64,000 nt of DNA from the human T2T-CHM13v2.0 reference genome, Homo sapiens. Positions 51,181-64,000 of the stretch are shown here, one piece after another. The DNA lies in assembly GCF_009914755.1 (NCBI RefSeq), contig NC_060932.1, one strand, 5' to 3'. How positions within the stretch are numbered: the first letter of the stretch is position 1; the number at the start of each line of letters is the position of its first letter. Below the pieces are notes generated by a model. It saw only the letters and a list, made by a program, of their open reading frames with translations, made no database searches and was not told where the DNA came from. The translations under genes and the position numbers were made by a program.

Positions 51181-51501
51181 TTGTTTGTTTCTTTGTTTGT
51201 TTGTTTATTTATTGAGACAGAGTCTTGGAGTCTTGCTCTGTCGCCCAGGCTGGAGTGCAGCGGCACAATCTCGGCTTACTGCAAAGTCCGCCTCCCGGAT
51301 TGAAGTGATTCTCCTCCCTCAGCCTCCCAAGTAGCTGGGACTACAGTGCGTGCCACCACACTTGGTTAATTTTTTTGTATTTTTAGTGGTGATGGGGTTT
51401 CACCCTGTTAGCCAGGATGACCTCAAGCTCCTGACCTGGTGATCCGCCCGCCTCGGCCTCCCAAAGTACTTGGATTACAGGCCTGAGCCACCACGCCCGG
51501 C
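51181..51501 (-). mobile_element. Alu (AluY/Sc-like)
   Basis: tgttagccaggatg diagnostic; TSD tgtagctt(g/a)tttgttt. Confidence 0.92.
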
Positions 51502-52933
51502 TGTAGCTTATTTGTTTTTTCGTTGTTGTTTGTTTGTTTTTGTCTTCTACAGTCTTGTGCAGAACAAAAGTCTTAAATTACAATAAAGTCTAGTTTATGT
51601 ATTTATTTTTCTTTTATGGATTTTTTGTATGTGGAGTCTGAGAATTCTTTACCTAGTGTTAGATCCTGAAAATTTTTTCTATTTTTCCCTCTAAAATTCT
51701 TATTTACATTTTTGTTTGTCATTCATTTTGAGTCAATGCTTTGTAAAGTGCGAGGTTTAGATTGAGGTTTAGTTTTTTGCCTATGGATGTGTAATTGGTC
51801 CAGCACCATTTTGTGAAAAGTTTAGTCTTCAATTGAAAATCAGCTGGATGTATTTATGTCAATTTCTGTTTTCTCTATTCAGTTCCAATGAACTATGTGA
51901 AACTCTTAAGGATTAAAAAGAATCATGAAAAAGTAGAATATTTACTTGTAAAATCATTTTTGCTAATTATACAAAGGAAGAAAATTTCACGTGTTCATTA
52001 TATTCTATTTCCTCTTTCTTTGGCATAGGCAGCCTCCACTGCTCATAACTGAGGCCATATCATGCATTATGTCCAATGAAACGTCGATGGATCTTACATC
52101 TCTCTTCCAGCTTTGGCTTCTAATACCTTTTGGCACTCCTCTGTGCTTTTTTCACTTTCCCCATTTACTATGTGAACAGAGAAGACTCCGTAACCATAAA
52201 GGAGAATGGGGCAACATGATTCTGAGGTCCTGAGTGGCTGTGCTGATTAGATCCCCTGCCCCATCTAACCTCCATTGGATGTGCAAAATACACTTTCTCG
52301 TGTTAAGATTTGGGGGTTGTTTGCATTTGCAATTGGTTTCCTCTGACTTTCCTGTTCCCTCATTCTTAATGACTTCAGATTTTTACCTCTCTCTAAAGCA
52401 CTACAACAAACTCCAAGAAGTCATTGTTTTTTACCCAACCTCAAGCTTTCATAATTATTAGGGAAGAAGACAAACAAGGAGCCACAGCCAATGACATTGT
52501 CCCTCCCACAACCCAGCCATCAGCTGCAGCTTCGAGTACACTTTCTCAACGTGGTATACATTTCAGTTTCAGTGGCAGATAAACACCAACTATATATGTA
52601 TTACGGGTTCACCTTTCCTATGAAAAAACGAGGAAGTCTCTCCCAGTTCAAACCTGTCTGCTTCAGGCATTCCCCAAAGCAAAGATGTGGTTATAAATCC
52701 CCTGTTAAGGATTTCCTCCCCAACTCCTTTCTTAAAATTTTCTCTTCTATAAAAAGAATGAGTTACAAATTATATCTGAGTCTCCCTTTTATCCTCAAGT
52801 AATTAAAATGTATTTTTTGTAGCCTAAATTTACATGATAAAGCAATAGGTAAATGTAATTATTCGTTTTCTTTGCAGTAAATAAAGAATAGATCAAATTT
52901 AAATATTCTGACTCCGGAACTACTCTTAAAAAC

Positions 52934-53761
52934 AAGGACATGAACAGACACTTCTCAAAAGAAGACATTTATGCAGCCAAAAAACACATGAAAAAATGCT
53001 CGTCATCACTGGCCATCAGAGAAATGCAAATCAAAACCACAATGAGATACCATCTCACACCAGTTAGAATGGCAATCATTAAAAAGTCAGGAAACAACAG
53101 GTGCTGGAGAGGATGTGGAGAAATAGGAACACTTTTACACTGTTGCTGGGACTGTAAACTCGTTCAACCATTGTGGAAGTCAGTGTGGCGATTCCTCACG
53201 GATCTAGAACTAGAAATACCATTTGACCCAGCCATCCCATTACTGGGTATATACCCAAAGGACTATAAATCATGCTGCTATAAAGACACATGCACAGGTA
53301 TGTTTATTGCGGCATTATTCACAATAGCAAAGACTTGGAACCAACCCAAATGTCCAACAATGATAGACTGGATTAAGAAAATGTGGCACATATACACCAT
53401 GGAATACTATGCAGCCATAAAAAATGATGAGTTCACGTCCTTTGTAGGGACATGGATGAAATTGGAAATCATCATTCTCAGTAAACTATCGCAAGAACAA
53501 AAAACCAAACACCGCATATTCTCACTCATAGGTAGGAATTGAACAATGAGATCACATGGACACAGGAAGGGGAATATCACACTCTGGGGACTGTGGTGGG
53601 GTGGAGGGAGGACGGAGGGATAGCATTGGGAGATATACCTAATGCTAGATGATGATTTAGTGGGTGCAGCGCACCAGCATGTCACATGTATACATATGTA
53701 ACTAACCTGCACAATGTGCACATGTACCCTAAAACCTAAAGTATAATAATAAAAAAAAAAA
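52934..53761 (+). mobile_element. 5'-truncated L1PA2-type element
   Basis: ORF 52940-53542 is the ORF2p C-terminus; 3'UTR diagnostics gagatcacatgg, gaatatcac, cattgggag, ctagatga, gcacaatgtg; lacks the L1HS ACA. Confidence 0.93.
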
Positions 53762-54899
53762 GTGGGTGAATCTAAATATATGTGACACATTATTTGATTC
53801 TCAGTACTTTGGAGACTTGGAAGATCTGACATTCTCTTGGTAAAGTCTAAATACACAGTGTTTGATATTTTAGAAAAAAACACATGCCCAACAAAGCAAG
53901 TCTCTGTTTTTTATGTTGATTTTCAATTCAGTGAGTACAAAATTGTTAGAGATCTCTTAATAAATGTATACATACAGGTGAGTACATTTTAGGTTTTCTC
54001 CTAAACTTTAGGTAGGTAGAGGCACTACATAATTTATGTTTTCTTTTTAAATAGGTAACATTTATATTTGAAATGTATGCAAATGAAAATGTGTGTATTT
54101 TACAAAATACTTTAAGAGAGAAAAATCTATATTTTAATTAAAAAAACTCTAAAATATTTTTGGAGGCTATTATTAATTTGTGTAAGCTTTCTTTGAAATA
54201 TTTTATTAAATATTTTAAATAGATTGATAAATTTTATTTTAGATTTAATTATCATTTGCCATGTAATTATCAAATTGTATTGGAAATATTAGACAATATA
54301 GAAATATAGAGTCACACAAGAAAAAATAGAACACTTAATTAACACTTAATATGAGAAAAATGATACATTCCTTAGATACAGGCTGATATAATTTCAAGAT
54401 ACTAATTTTTGCTATTAAAGAAATTAGCTTCATATGTAAAAATCTATAAATACTAATCATCTTTTTGTTACAAATGTAATATTCATGCTCTACGAGCTGA
54501 ATTTCGTATTTGCAGTCTGAAATTGTTTCCTATTTTCTAATTTGAAATAGTCTATTGTTTTTAATAATGACTCTCTCTTTAATGTCACCTCTGAAATAAA
54601 TACTTGGTAATTGTAATCTTAAGAAATGCTATATTAGTTTTTTACTGTGAAGACATTTAGATTGCAACTTCTTTTTGCAAAAGTCGCTACTTCTAATTCC
54701 TAAAGAAGTTTGTTTATTCAGTATTTAAGAATAAAGAAAGAAAAAGCATTAAATGATTGTGGAAAATGAAATGTGTATGACTTACTTGTGGTCATTGAAA
54801 TATCTTTGGCCAAGCCTCTTCTCCAGACTTTATCCAATGGTCCTTTATATTTAGAAATCCTCTACTTCCCCAAAATATTAACTATTTATAGTGATTGTA

Positions 54900-55105
54900 C
54901 TGCAATGTGATTAAGAAGTTTTAAAACAAGACTGCATGAACTTAACTCTCAGCTCTGACTCATCTGCTATATCCAGAAAACGGGGATAATATGACTGACC
55001 TGCTTCTAAGGCTTGCTATGTATGAGTATCAAATGGTTACCATATTTAAAGCAATTTGAAAAATGCCTGGTATGTTTCAAGCACCAGTAAATACTAGTAA
55101 TTAAT
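54900..55105 (+). mobile_element. MIR fragment
   Basis: catctg...ggggataat...aaagcaatttgaaaaatgcctggtatg...agcaccagtaaata. Confidence 0.6.
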
Positions 55106-55289
55106 GACTTTCTAATGCAATATACTTCTTTTATTAGTGGCTTTGTTTCTCCATCTTTTCATTTGACAGTGATTTCCATGACAGTTGTTCGGGAGTAATG
55201 CTCATCATACTGAATTAACACTATTGAATTGCTTTTCACTCTCACCTTCTAGTTTGAAAACTTTTTGAGGACAAATACTGTCTTCATAT

Positions 55290-55570
55290 AACAATTTTTA
55301 CAAGGTTTATATAATATTATATTAACCTTTATATTAATATATCATATATTCATTATTGTGTTATATCTAATGGTATTTATTTATATCAATAATTATAACT
55401 ATGATACTATTATAGATTAATATATACTGCAAGGTATTACACAATAAGATATTATAATGTTATAATGTTGTATGTTCTTATGTGTAAGAATACGTTATAT
55501 TTAATATAATATTAGACATTATTACAAAATATATTATTGTATATTGTATGCATGTGATACTATAATGTTT
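55290..55570. repeat. AT-rich low-complexity tract
   Basis: Degenerate TA/TATT repeats. Confidence 0.8.
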
Positions 55571-55887
55571 TTACAGAACAATGTCTACTGACCCCTCTAC
55601 GTGGGCTGATTCTGGAGTTTTCTTCTACGTTTATTCCCATTATCCAGCATGTTCTCTTCTTTCCATCTTTCTCACTTCTAAAATGTCATTCCTTCAGACT
55701 TTCATTCACTCAACTAATATTTATTAAGTGGCTATTTTTTGTCAGGCACTGTCATTCTCTGTCATTGCATCCTGAGTATTTCATCACAATCCTCTCCAAA
55801 GTCTTACTCTTATTAATGTATCTAAAATATAATTCCTTAAGGGCAAAGATCAGGGTTCATATACTACACTGCCTAGCAGGGATGGAG

Positions 55888-55889
<2 letters not shown>

Positions 55890-55925
<36 letters not shown>
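55890..55925. repeat. (TG)n microsatellite
   Basis: Direct observation. Confidence 0.95.
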
Positions 55926-55928
<3 letters not shown>

Positions 55929-57900
55929 AAATCTGACTGAATGACTAAATGAGTAATTTACTCTCAGTCAATATTGGATAAATAAATAAGGCAAGTCAGG
56001 ACCCAGAATGTCAATAGAAAAATAATAGAGAGCTTGAAGGGTTTTTCTTCTACAAATCATCATGTTTCTCATGAGACACGACAGAACTAGTCCCATAGCC
56101 TCAGCCAAACTGGAGAAGACCAAGAGTTCAGTTTTCCTTGTGCCCGAGGAGAAAACTGGAAATCAGTGAAAAGCCCGATTGACTACTACAAAAGCAAATG
56201 TGAAGCTAAATATTCTTAATAAAACATTTCTTCATTTCCTTGTTCAAGCTCTGTCTAGTGACCTAGAGGGTGATCTATACTGAATATATTTTTATCATGG
56301 TTTATCAAACTAGGGTTCTACAGAAGAATTTAAAAATTTGCATTTTTGTATAAAAGACAACCGGAAATGTTACCATAAGCACAGTGATAGGTTGTGCAGA
56401 TGATCACGTTATACCAGAGTCCTGTCATGTGATGAAGTCCCATGATGTTTCACCTGCTGGTTTTATGAGGCCACATAATCACTCACAGGGACAGCATTTA
56501 ACTTGTCATCTAGTGGGCGGCTTGTTAGCTGCCAGCAAGCTGTCACATCCCAACATCAAGCTGACAGCCCAGCTGCATATTTATACAGGATGTTCCGTGG
56601 GATGGAGTGGAGTGAGATGGAGGAGAGTTAAGCATGCTCAATAAGACTTAAATCATTGAGTTAGAAGTTGCCAGACTTTGGAGCTCCAGTTCCTAGACCT
56701 AAGAGTCCTGAAGGGACAGGCACACCTCTGAGGGCTGATTGCACAGGCTCCTGAAGAGGTCACTATGATGAAGACCACTGTGAGCCTTGCCTTATGACTT
56801 TGTGACTCTCGATTTTGTTTTGTGCTTTCCTGTATGGTGTGAATGTCAAATATATTGAAACAATGGCTCTCTGTAACTTTTACTAAATATCACCAAAGTT
56901 ATTTGGTCTTCCCAATAAGCTTATTGTAATGGAATTCTACTGGTAAAATCTGTGCCCTTTGCTAAGGTTTGAGATATTTATTATTTTCCCAGATTCAAAA
57001 TTTTAGTTTTCAGCAGCTATAAATTCAGCTGAAAAGATCAGATAACACACACATATACACCCAGGAGTGGAATAGAGATCATGTTTTCCATAACTCCATG
57101 GTATCTGGATTTAATCTAATCTGTAAATATCATATCTTCCTGAGTGTCTATTTTATCAACTAACCTAACATTTCAAGACTAGAAAGCCTTTGACTCATTA
57201 TCTAACTCATACTTCTCATTTACACGAATGAAATCTCAATCCCAGTAGAGTTAAAGGACATGATCAAATGTTACCCAGTTTTCCTGTGGCAGAATTGAAA
57301 TCAAAATTTATATCTTTTGGTTATCAGCTCAAAGATATTTAAAAGCCAAAACCTTACCTTATAAATAATGTCATGTTTAAGAGTATTAATGATGTCCCTC
57401 CTTTAGTAATAATAGTTTCTATCTGGTGGGATTGCTGAGTTGATCAAATTCAGGTGATGATCTTTGCACTCAAGGTATAATGACGTACTCAAGGTACAAC
57501 TTATAATGATGATATAATAATACCACTTAAAACTCACTGGCATATAATGTAATTTAGAGCAAGAAAATTGATATGCTATTTATTATTACATTCTCTGTTG
57601 GTACAACAGTGCCTATGAGCTGGGCCCTCAGTAAACGGCAAATGTCCATTGATTGAATGAATAAATGAATAAGGTGCCATATCTATCTACCTATATATTT
57701 ATATTTACACTTATCCATGGTCTTGCCCAAAATCAGACAGAGTTAGGATGTTTGAAATTATACTGACTCAAAAACATATATTCCTGAAAGCAATTTTAAA
57801 AAAGGGGCTCTATACGATCAGTATGCTTTGAAGGGCAATCTTAAAAATATAAAACCATAACCAAGATAGGACATATCTCATAGAAGCCAAGGGAAATCTC

Positions 57901-58545
57901 TGTATTAGTTTGAATGGTGGTCCCAAAAAGGTAGATCTACATATTAACTCCTGAGAACTGTAATGTGATCTCATTTGGAAAAAGGGTCTTTGCAGATGTA
58001 GTTAAACTCAGCTGAGCTTAATCCTGAGAAGAGATCATTGTGGGTTAAGTAGGTGGGCCTTATTTCCAATGACAAGTCTACTTATAAGAGACAGAAGAGA
58101 AGGTGTCCACAGAACGGAAGGCCACGTGAAGATGGATGCAAAGAGAGGATAGATGCAGCCACGAAGAATGATGGCGTGAAGATGGGAACAATAGACACTG
58201 GCATCTCCAAAAGCGGGGAGTGAGGGAGGGACTCAAACACCTTTTAGATACTTTGTTCATGAATTGGGTAATGGGTTCACTTGAAGCACAAACCTCAGCA
58301 TCACGCAATATATCCATGTAACAAACAAGCACATCTGCTCCCTGAATCTAAAATATGAAAACAAGAATGATGACCACCGCCAGAAAGTGGAAGAGGCGTG
58401 GAAGGATTCTTCCTGTAGTTTTCTGAGAGATTGCAGCCTTGCTGACACCATCATTTTGGACCTCAGTGAGAAAACAGATTTCTGCTATTTTAAGCCATTC
58501 ATACGGTGGTAATTTATTACGTCAGCCACAGAAAGCGAATGTCAT
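57901..58545 (+). mobile_element. MLT1B/C-type LTR with an inserted L1PA15/16-type 3' fragment (58174-58362)
   Basis: tttggaaaaagggtctttgcagatgta; the insert is flanked by perfect TSD aagaatgatg (58164-58173, 58363-58372). Confidence 0.85.
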
Positions 58546-58749
58546 CTTCAAAGCCAAATAACAAACACAGTTGAAAAGAACAGAAAGCGCCACACAGTCA
58601 ATCAAAGAGAGTAAGGACCAGCAGTAGAGAGGGGACGCCCCTGACACACTTGCAGAAGCCAACACCTTGACCAGGCTATACTTGGGACCTGCCGTAAATC
58701 TGAAGAACTGAGTTTGAAATTTCTGAGTCAAGCCGTGACTTTTGAAAGG

Positions 58750-59600
58750 GGCTAAGCCAACAATGTTCCTGCAGATAAAAATCTAGCAACTATAATTTAA
58801 CAATAAAAAGTTACTAACACACAATGAAAAAGCCGCCATACCTGAGGGTCTGAAACGATTGTTTATTTAGACTTTGAAGGAATTAAGGTATAAGATACTA
58901 GTTACAGCTATAAAATGAAGACAATGTCTAAGGAAATAAAAACTAGAAACTAAAATAATAAATAAGGAACATGGAGCTCTGAAAAGCAAACACAAAGATA
59001 GGAAAAGAAAGAAACATTCATATATTAAAATTGTGCTATCTTAAATTTAAAACTCAATGGATGTGTTAAATGACAAATTGGACACTGTTAAGTGGAAACA
59101 ATGAACTCTAAATTGGGTCTGGAAAAAATAATAAGTAATTAGCAAAAAGAGAAATGAAGATAGAAAATATGAAAGTAAAGAGACTAATTTGATATAAGGT
59201 GAATATCTACTTTTTGGCTAAGTAAAAGTCCAGGAAGAGATAATAAGGTAAATAAAGCAAAAGTGTTATTTAAAGCAATAATAACTGAAAATTTTTTTAC
59301 AACTTAAAACACGAGTGCAAAGATACAGAAAGCACAACGGATGCTTCAGGACAAACAAAAATAAATTCACTAGTAGATATATCCAGTAAAATTATACAAT
59401 ATCAAAGGCAGAGAAAGAGAAGCAATAACTTAGAAACAGATCTATAATCATATGAAGATATAAATACCATGGAATAGCACGTCAGTGGCAAAATAATAAT
59501 TTAATAATAGTCCTGAAAGAATTAGTCATTATTATGAAAAATTGATAAATTTTATTTTTACATTGTGCCATAACTTATAATAAAGCATTTTAAAGACATA
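58750..59600 (+). mobile_element. Old L1M ORF1-region remnant
   Basis: aaaactcaatggatgtgttaaatgacaaattggacac; aagcaataataactgaaaattttt. Confidence 0.55.
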
Positions 59601-60120
59601 ACTATAAAAAACAACCTGTTACTCTTTTAAAAGAAAATATACTATTTTTGCAAATTTGGGGAAGAGAAAAAGTTCTTAAACATGACTTAGCCTTAACCAC
59701 AACCCAATTCAATACATTAAGTTTAAAACCTCTTCTCTTCAGTAGGTACCATAGGGGAGATGAAAGAATAATTCCCCAGTTAAGAAAATATCTGCAATAA
59801 TTGTTACTGAAACTGATACACACTATTCATCTGTGAATGTGTCACAATTATACTTTGTCATGTCCCTCAACAGTAGAACGTATAAATGAATTTTGTCATA
59901 CTTACAAATGAATAATGCACATGAATGATAATTTTAAATATTAGATTTTTATTGTAATAACAAGATTATATACACAAATCCAGTTAAGTGCTAACTTTCA
60001 GGTTGTAGCAAGTTGGGGATTAGGTTTTGAGAGGAATGCATTTATGATATTCAAGAAAAATTTAGTTCAATAAATGAATTCACCTATGCATGTTATTTTA
60101 ACTCAAAGTCTTCAAATACA

Positions 60121-60236
60121 ACAGGAGGTTTTACCATGTTGTCCAGGATGGTCTCAAACTCCTGTCCTCAAGTGATCTGCATACCAGGGCCTCCCAAAGT
60201 GCTGGGATTACAGGCGTGAACCACTGCACCTAACCC
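60121..60236 (-). mobile_element. Alu left monomer (FLAM or fragment)
   Basis: ttaccatgttgtccaggatggtctcaaactcc...ccactgcacc. Confidence 0.85.
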
Positions 60237-60402
60237 AAAAATCTATTTAAAGATTGGCTCTAATATGAATTAGATTCCAGGAAGTCATCCCATCATATGT
60301 TTAAACTCTCAGGACAGTATTTCCATCGAGTATATGATTGTGTGCTGTTGTCCTGGTGATGCAGAATTTAAGTGATAAATCAACTACAGTGCTTCTCAGA
60401 TG

Positions 60403-60405
<3 letters not shown>

Positions 60406-60434
<29 letters not shown>
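60406..60434. repeat. (CA)n microsatellite
   Basis: Direct observation. Confidence 0.95.
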
Positions 60435-60436
<2 letters not shown>

Positions 60437-61286
60437 TTAGCTGGTATTATTGATGCTTTAACAAGTAATATTGCCATTCTGGGCAACAACTCCATATTTC
60501 AGAAATCATTCCTCCAAATGTAAACTTAGGACATCAAACCACCTAATTCACACAGTTTTAAAAAACTATCAACATATTTATGACTCCCCTGGTCTCTCAA
60601 TTTCTCTATCAGGAAAACTCAGTTTGGTACAAAAAGAATAAGATAAAGGTAAATGATTCCAGGGCTGCAGAAAATAAGCAGGTATCATTTCTAGTGAATT
60701 CCCAAAAAGAGATACAGGACTTTTGAAGCTAAAGAAAACTTTAAAATGGATCAACTTGCAGTTTATTCTATTAAATTTTGAAATAATGACTTCTTGCTCT
60801 TTGGATGATGTTCTTCACTGACCTGGTACTCTACTGGCAGTCAGGAATAAAAGTCCTTTTGCCTGCCCTCTCTAATTTCCATAAAATATTCTTTTAAAAT
60901 CAAGAGGAGTGTTTTCGAATCCCCAAGTAGGTTTTAGAATTGCATTTGTTAGTTTACATAAGAGTTTTGTTTAGAAAGTGTAATCACCCACGTAATCGAA
61001 TCAAAATAGCTATTTTATTTGTAACATTGAGATTTTTAGTGGGGAAAATCGTGAACTTGCATGGTTGAGCAGGTTTTGTCATTCTAGTGAAAACAAAAAT
61101 GGAGACTGTACTCAAATGTGAGCAATCTCCATGTAGGGAGGATGCCACCAACCAGGGTAAGTGCAGCCATGGAGACTGATCTTTCCACATTAGCCTATGA
61201 ACAACTGGAAGAAAGAGGTACCCTTCTTAAGCAGGTCAATTACCAGTTCTTACTTAGTGAGTGAATAAATGCAGATCAAACTAATG

Positions 61287-61768
61287 GAAAGAATGAAAGA
61301 AGAGAAAGAAGGAGAGGAAGGAAGGAAGAAAGAGAGGAAGGAAGAAAGAAAGAGAGGAAGGAAGGGCCGGGCACGGTGGCTTACGCCTGTAATCCCAGCA
61401 CTTTGGGAGGCCGAGGCGGGCAGATCACGAGGTGAGGAGATCGAGACCATCCTGGCTAACACGATGAAACCCCCTCTCTACTAAAAATACAAAAAATTAG
61501 CCGGGTGTGGTGGTGGGTGCTTGTAGTCCCAGCTACTCGGGAGGCTGAGGCAGGAGAACGGCGTGAACTGGGAGGCGAAGCTTGCAGTGAGCCGAGATTG
61601 TGCCACTGCACTCCAGCCTGGGCGACAGAGCGGGACTCCATCTCAAAAAAAAAAAAAGAGAGGGAGGAAGGAAGGAAGGAAGACATGGAGGGAAGGAAGG
61701 AAGGGAGGGAGGGAGGGAGGAAGAGGGAGAAAGAGAGAAAGAGAGGGGGAGGGAGGGAGGAAGAGAAA
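61287..61768. repeat. GA-rich polypurine tract split by an AluY
   Basis: GGAA/GAGG/GAAA repeats on both sides of the Alu. Confidence 0.9.
61365..61657 (+). mobile_element. AluY
   Basis: gagatcgagaccatcctggctaacac, ggcgtgaac and agcttgcagtgag diagnostics. Confidence 0.95.
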
Positions 61769-61799
61769 CAGTCTGTGTCTTGCACCTAGTTGGGTTTAG

Positions 61800-62815
<1,016 letters not shown>

Positions 62816-62989
62816 TAAAGAAATCCTGTGGGTGGCATATATGTAAAAAGATACATAGAACACAAGTACTGCAATTCACCAGTGGCTTCTGATAGGGGGG
62901 TTAGAAAAACAATTGCAGCCAAATTTCTCTGCCTGATTAGCATTAATTTACTCACAATTTGAAGAAACAACCATTAGCTTAGGAGTATC

Positions 62990-63560
62990 AGACATTAGTA
63001 GCAGTAGGCCAAGTGACAATCATTGCCAACTTCTTCCCCTGCCAAGGTTTGGGATGCCTGCCTGGATACAGTAGCACGCGATTGTTGGCCACTGTTTTAG
63101 CCACTGCCATCTGTCCTGTTTCCCATATAAATTCTCCCTCTTGCTGACAGATATATATGGAATTCTGTAGAAGGCATTCCAAGGCAAGGGTGTTTTTGTC
63201 ATTTAAGTCTGCTCAGGTCTCTGCCATGACTTATCCATGTCCCGATTTGCAAGGCAGCTTTCAATGTAGCTCCCTGTGAATCCTTTTAGGTACTGGCTTA
63301 TTTACTGCTTCCTGCTGCAGCCAGGGCTCACTCTGTGACTCTACTTAGTGTGATTCAAAAAATGGGTTTAACAGAGCATGCATGGTATTTTGGTATCTTT
63401 GACCATATGACACTGTGGATAAAATAATCCATATATATCACATCCACTAGCACAAGACGGTAGTTGTGTTTGTCAATGTACATTTGTCTAATGCCCTCTC
63501 CTTTTTGGAGACTTGCCAGTGCTTACAATGACAGAAAAAGACATCTAGGCATTATTAGCC
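62990..63560 (-). mobile_element. Possible ancient ERVL-type pol (RT/connection) remnant
   Basis: Minus-strand peptides VIYMDYFIH (about 63435) and LLQNSIYICQQEGEFIWETGQMAVAKTV (about 63170-63090) resemble the YxDD and LLxPIYxxxxKxxxFxWxxEQxxA motifs. Confidence 0.4.
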
Positions 63561-64000
63561 TATGGTAGAAGTAGGTTTCCAGGGAGCTGAGGAGCATGGT
63601 TGCCCATGGTGATTGGCCATTTTTGTCAAAGACTTAGTTGGAAGCAAGCCCAGAACTTTCTATTTATTTGCATTCTATTCAACACTTTGTGCTGTACCGG
63701 GGTTAAATGAGTAATAAATCTGAAACTAACTTTACCCAAAATGAATTTATCCTTTAAAGAGCTGCGAGGCTTACTCCTTGGATCAGCAATAAACAGGAAA
63801 CATCTAAATCTAAGGCTGCCTTTAATTCACATACCAGGTTAACATAAAATGTTTCTGATAAAGTGTGGGGCTTAGTGACACTTCAACTCTCCTTATGTTA
63901 CTGAAACAAAATTCATTAAAGCCACTCTGAAAAGTGCAAAGAAAGATCTTATTAAACTTCTATTATCTAAGTTTAACTCTCTATCATCCTTCTTTTCTTG

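Overview
Hominoid (human/great-ape-like, given AluY and L1PA2-type elements) AT-rich genomic DNA, intergenic or deep-intronic and mostly made of interspersed repeats. I find no supportable host protein-coding exon, RNA gene or CpG-island promoter. The long ORFs (about 150 aa or more) are all LINE-1 ORF1/ORF2 fragments or their antisense frames, and the shorter ones are Alu-derived or chance frames. Main structures: (1) a full-length but dead L1PA3/4-type element (42915-49061) nested inside a decayed ERV1 provirus (39008-51050, TSD TCTT) that itself sits in an old L1M; (2) a full-length MST-type MaLR provirus (33922-36203); (3) a dense cluster of about nine LTRs (19-30 kb); (4) a BLACKJACK-like hAT fossil; (5) about 18 Alus or Alu fragments. 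The most interesting signals are a 5x24-bp minisatellite with four perfect ETS (CCGGAAGT) motifs, two shared non-consensus bases in neighbouring L1 copies of different subfamily (possible gene conversion), an odd L1 junction, Alu-associated deletions and a degenerate ERVL-like pol remnant. I do not see evidence for a new biological system. Subfamily names come from my recall of consensus sequences and need RepeatMasker/Dfam confirmation.
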